This document shows positions 63,422 to 64,000 of a stretch of DNA of 64,000 nucleotides, piece by piece (within the stretch, counting starts at the first letter, position 1; every line of letters begins with the position of its first letter). This stretch comes from Sphaerodactylus townsendi (taxonomy: Eukaryota): positions 7,564,001 to 7,628,000 of the forward strand of contig NC_059427.1 of assembly GCF_021028975.2 (NCBI RefSeq), written 5' to 3'. The notes under the pieces are model-generated. The model had not been told where the DNA came from. It saw only the letters and a program-made list of their open reading frames with translations, and did no database searches. A program made the translations under genes and the position numbers.

Positions 63422-64000
63422 GTAAGAGCAGGTTGACTTTTTACATGTGCCTGTCTGGAGTCTGGCATTTCTCAGATCTCTCTGTTGTTAACCTCAAAAA
63501 TTGTTATTCTGGCCCAACTCCTTGCGTTGATGTTTTGCTTTCAAAGAGTCTGGCTTAACCTGTATTCTTTTGCGACGGATTTGAGGCCCGAGCTCAAAAG
63601 GGGAGGGATGGTTTCATGAGAGCTCTTTCAACGGGGGTGGCGGCATAAATCCAACCAATAAATAAATAAAATATAAGAAATGAAATGAAAGATCTGGGTT
63701 CTCATCCTGGCTCAGCTGTAAAACCCACCAGGCACCTTGGGCCAGTTGTGTTCTCTCACTGAAATGTATATTGGAGGCTTGTTCTTTACCTATAATGACA
63801 TAATCCCTTTCTTGAATTACTCCCATCATGGCTCATGATAGTATATGTGGCAATGCTCCCAATTTTTTCAAAACAGTCCCATGATGTAGGGTAGGCTGAG
63901 ATTTAGTAAGGACCTTAATCTTTCATGCCCTCAGGGGATGGGGCGGTATATAAATATGATAATAAATAAATAAATAACGCATCAATACAACACTGTGTTG

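Overview
Vertebrate (squamate, most likely gecko) genomic DNA holding part of a C2H2 zinc-finger gene cluster; the taxon call rests on recalled repeat families, not a search. It contains four reconstructable genes. ZNF-1 (- strand, ~7.1-13.7 kb) and ZNF-2 (+, ~16.4-24.7 kb) are a head-to-head inverted pair of SCAN-KRAB-A-ZF paralogs. ZNF-3 (+, ~31.4-41.1 kb) and ZNF-4 (+, ~45.9-54.8 kb) are a tandem pair of KRAB-ZF paralogs. There is also the first exon of a gene leaving the window to the left, and the start of a fifth, frameshifted SCAN gene at the right end. Most notable: ZNF-3 and ZNF-4 each carry two KRAB-A exons, joined in frame by an exon that is a decayed copy of the gene's own promoter/first exon. 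The rest is dense in TEs: hAT and Harbinger-type MITEs with TSDs, CR1, L2, RTE and Rex1 LINE fragments, SINEs, Penelope-like termini with hammerhead motifs, solo LTRs, a Copia relic, a Gmr1-like Gypsy relic, a Helitron-like end and a foldback-like satellite. Several stretches (~24.4-25.0 kb, ~16.0-16.2 kb, >59.4 kb) look like assembly or long-read noise. Exon phases were checked by hand; no database searches were run.
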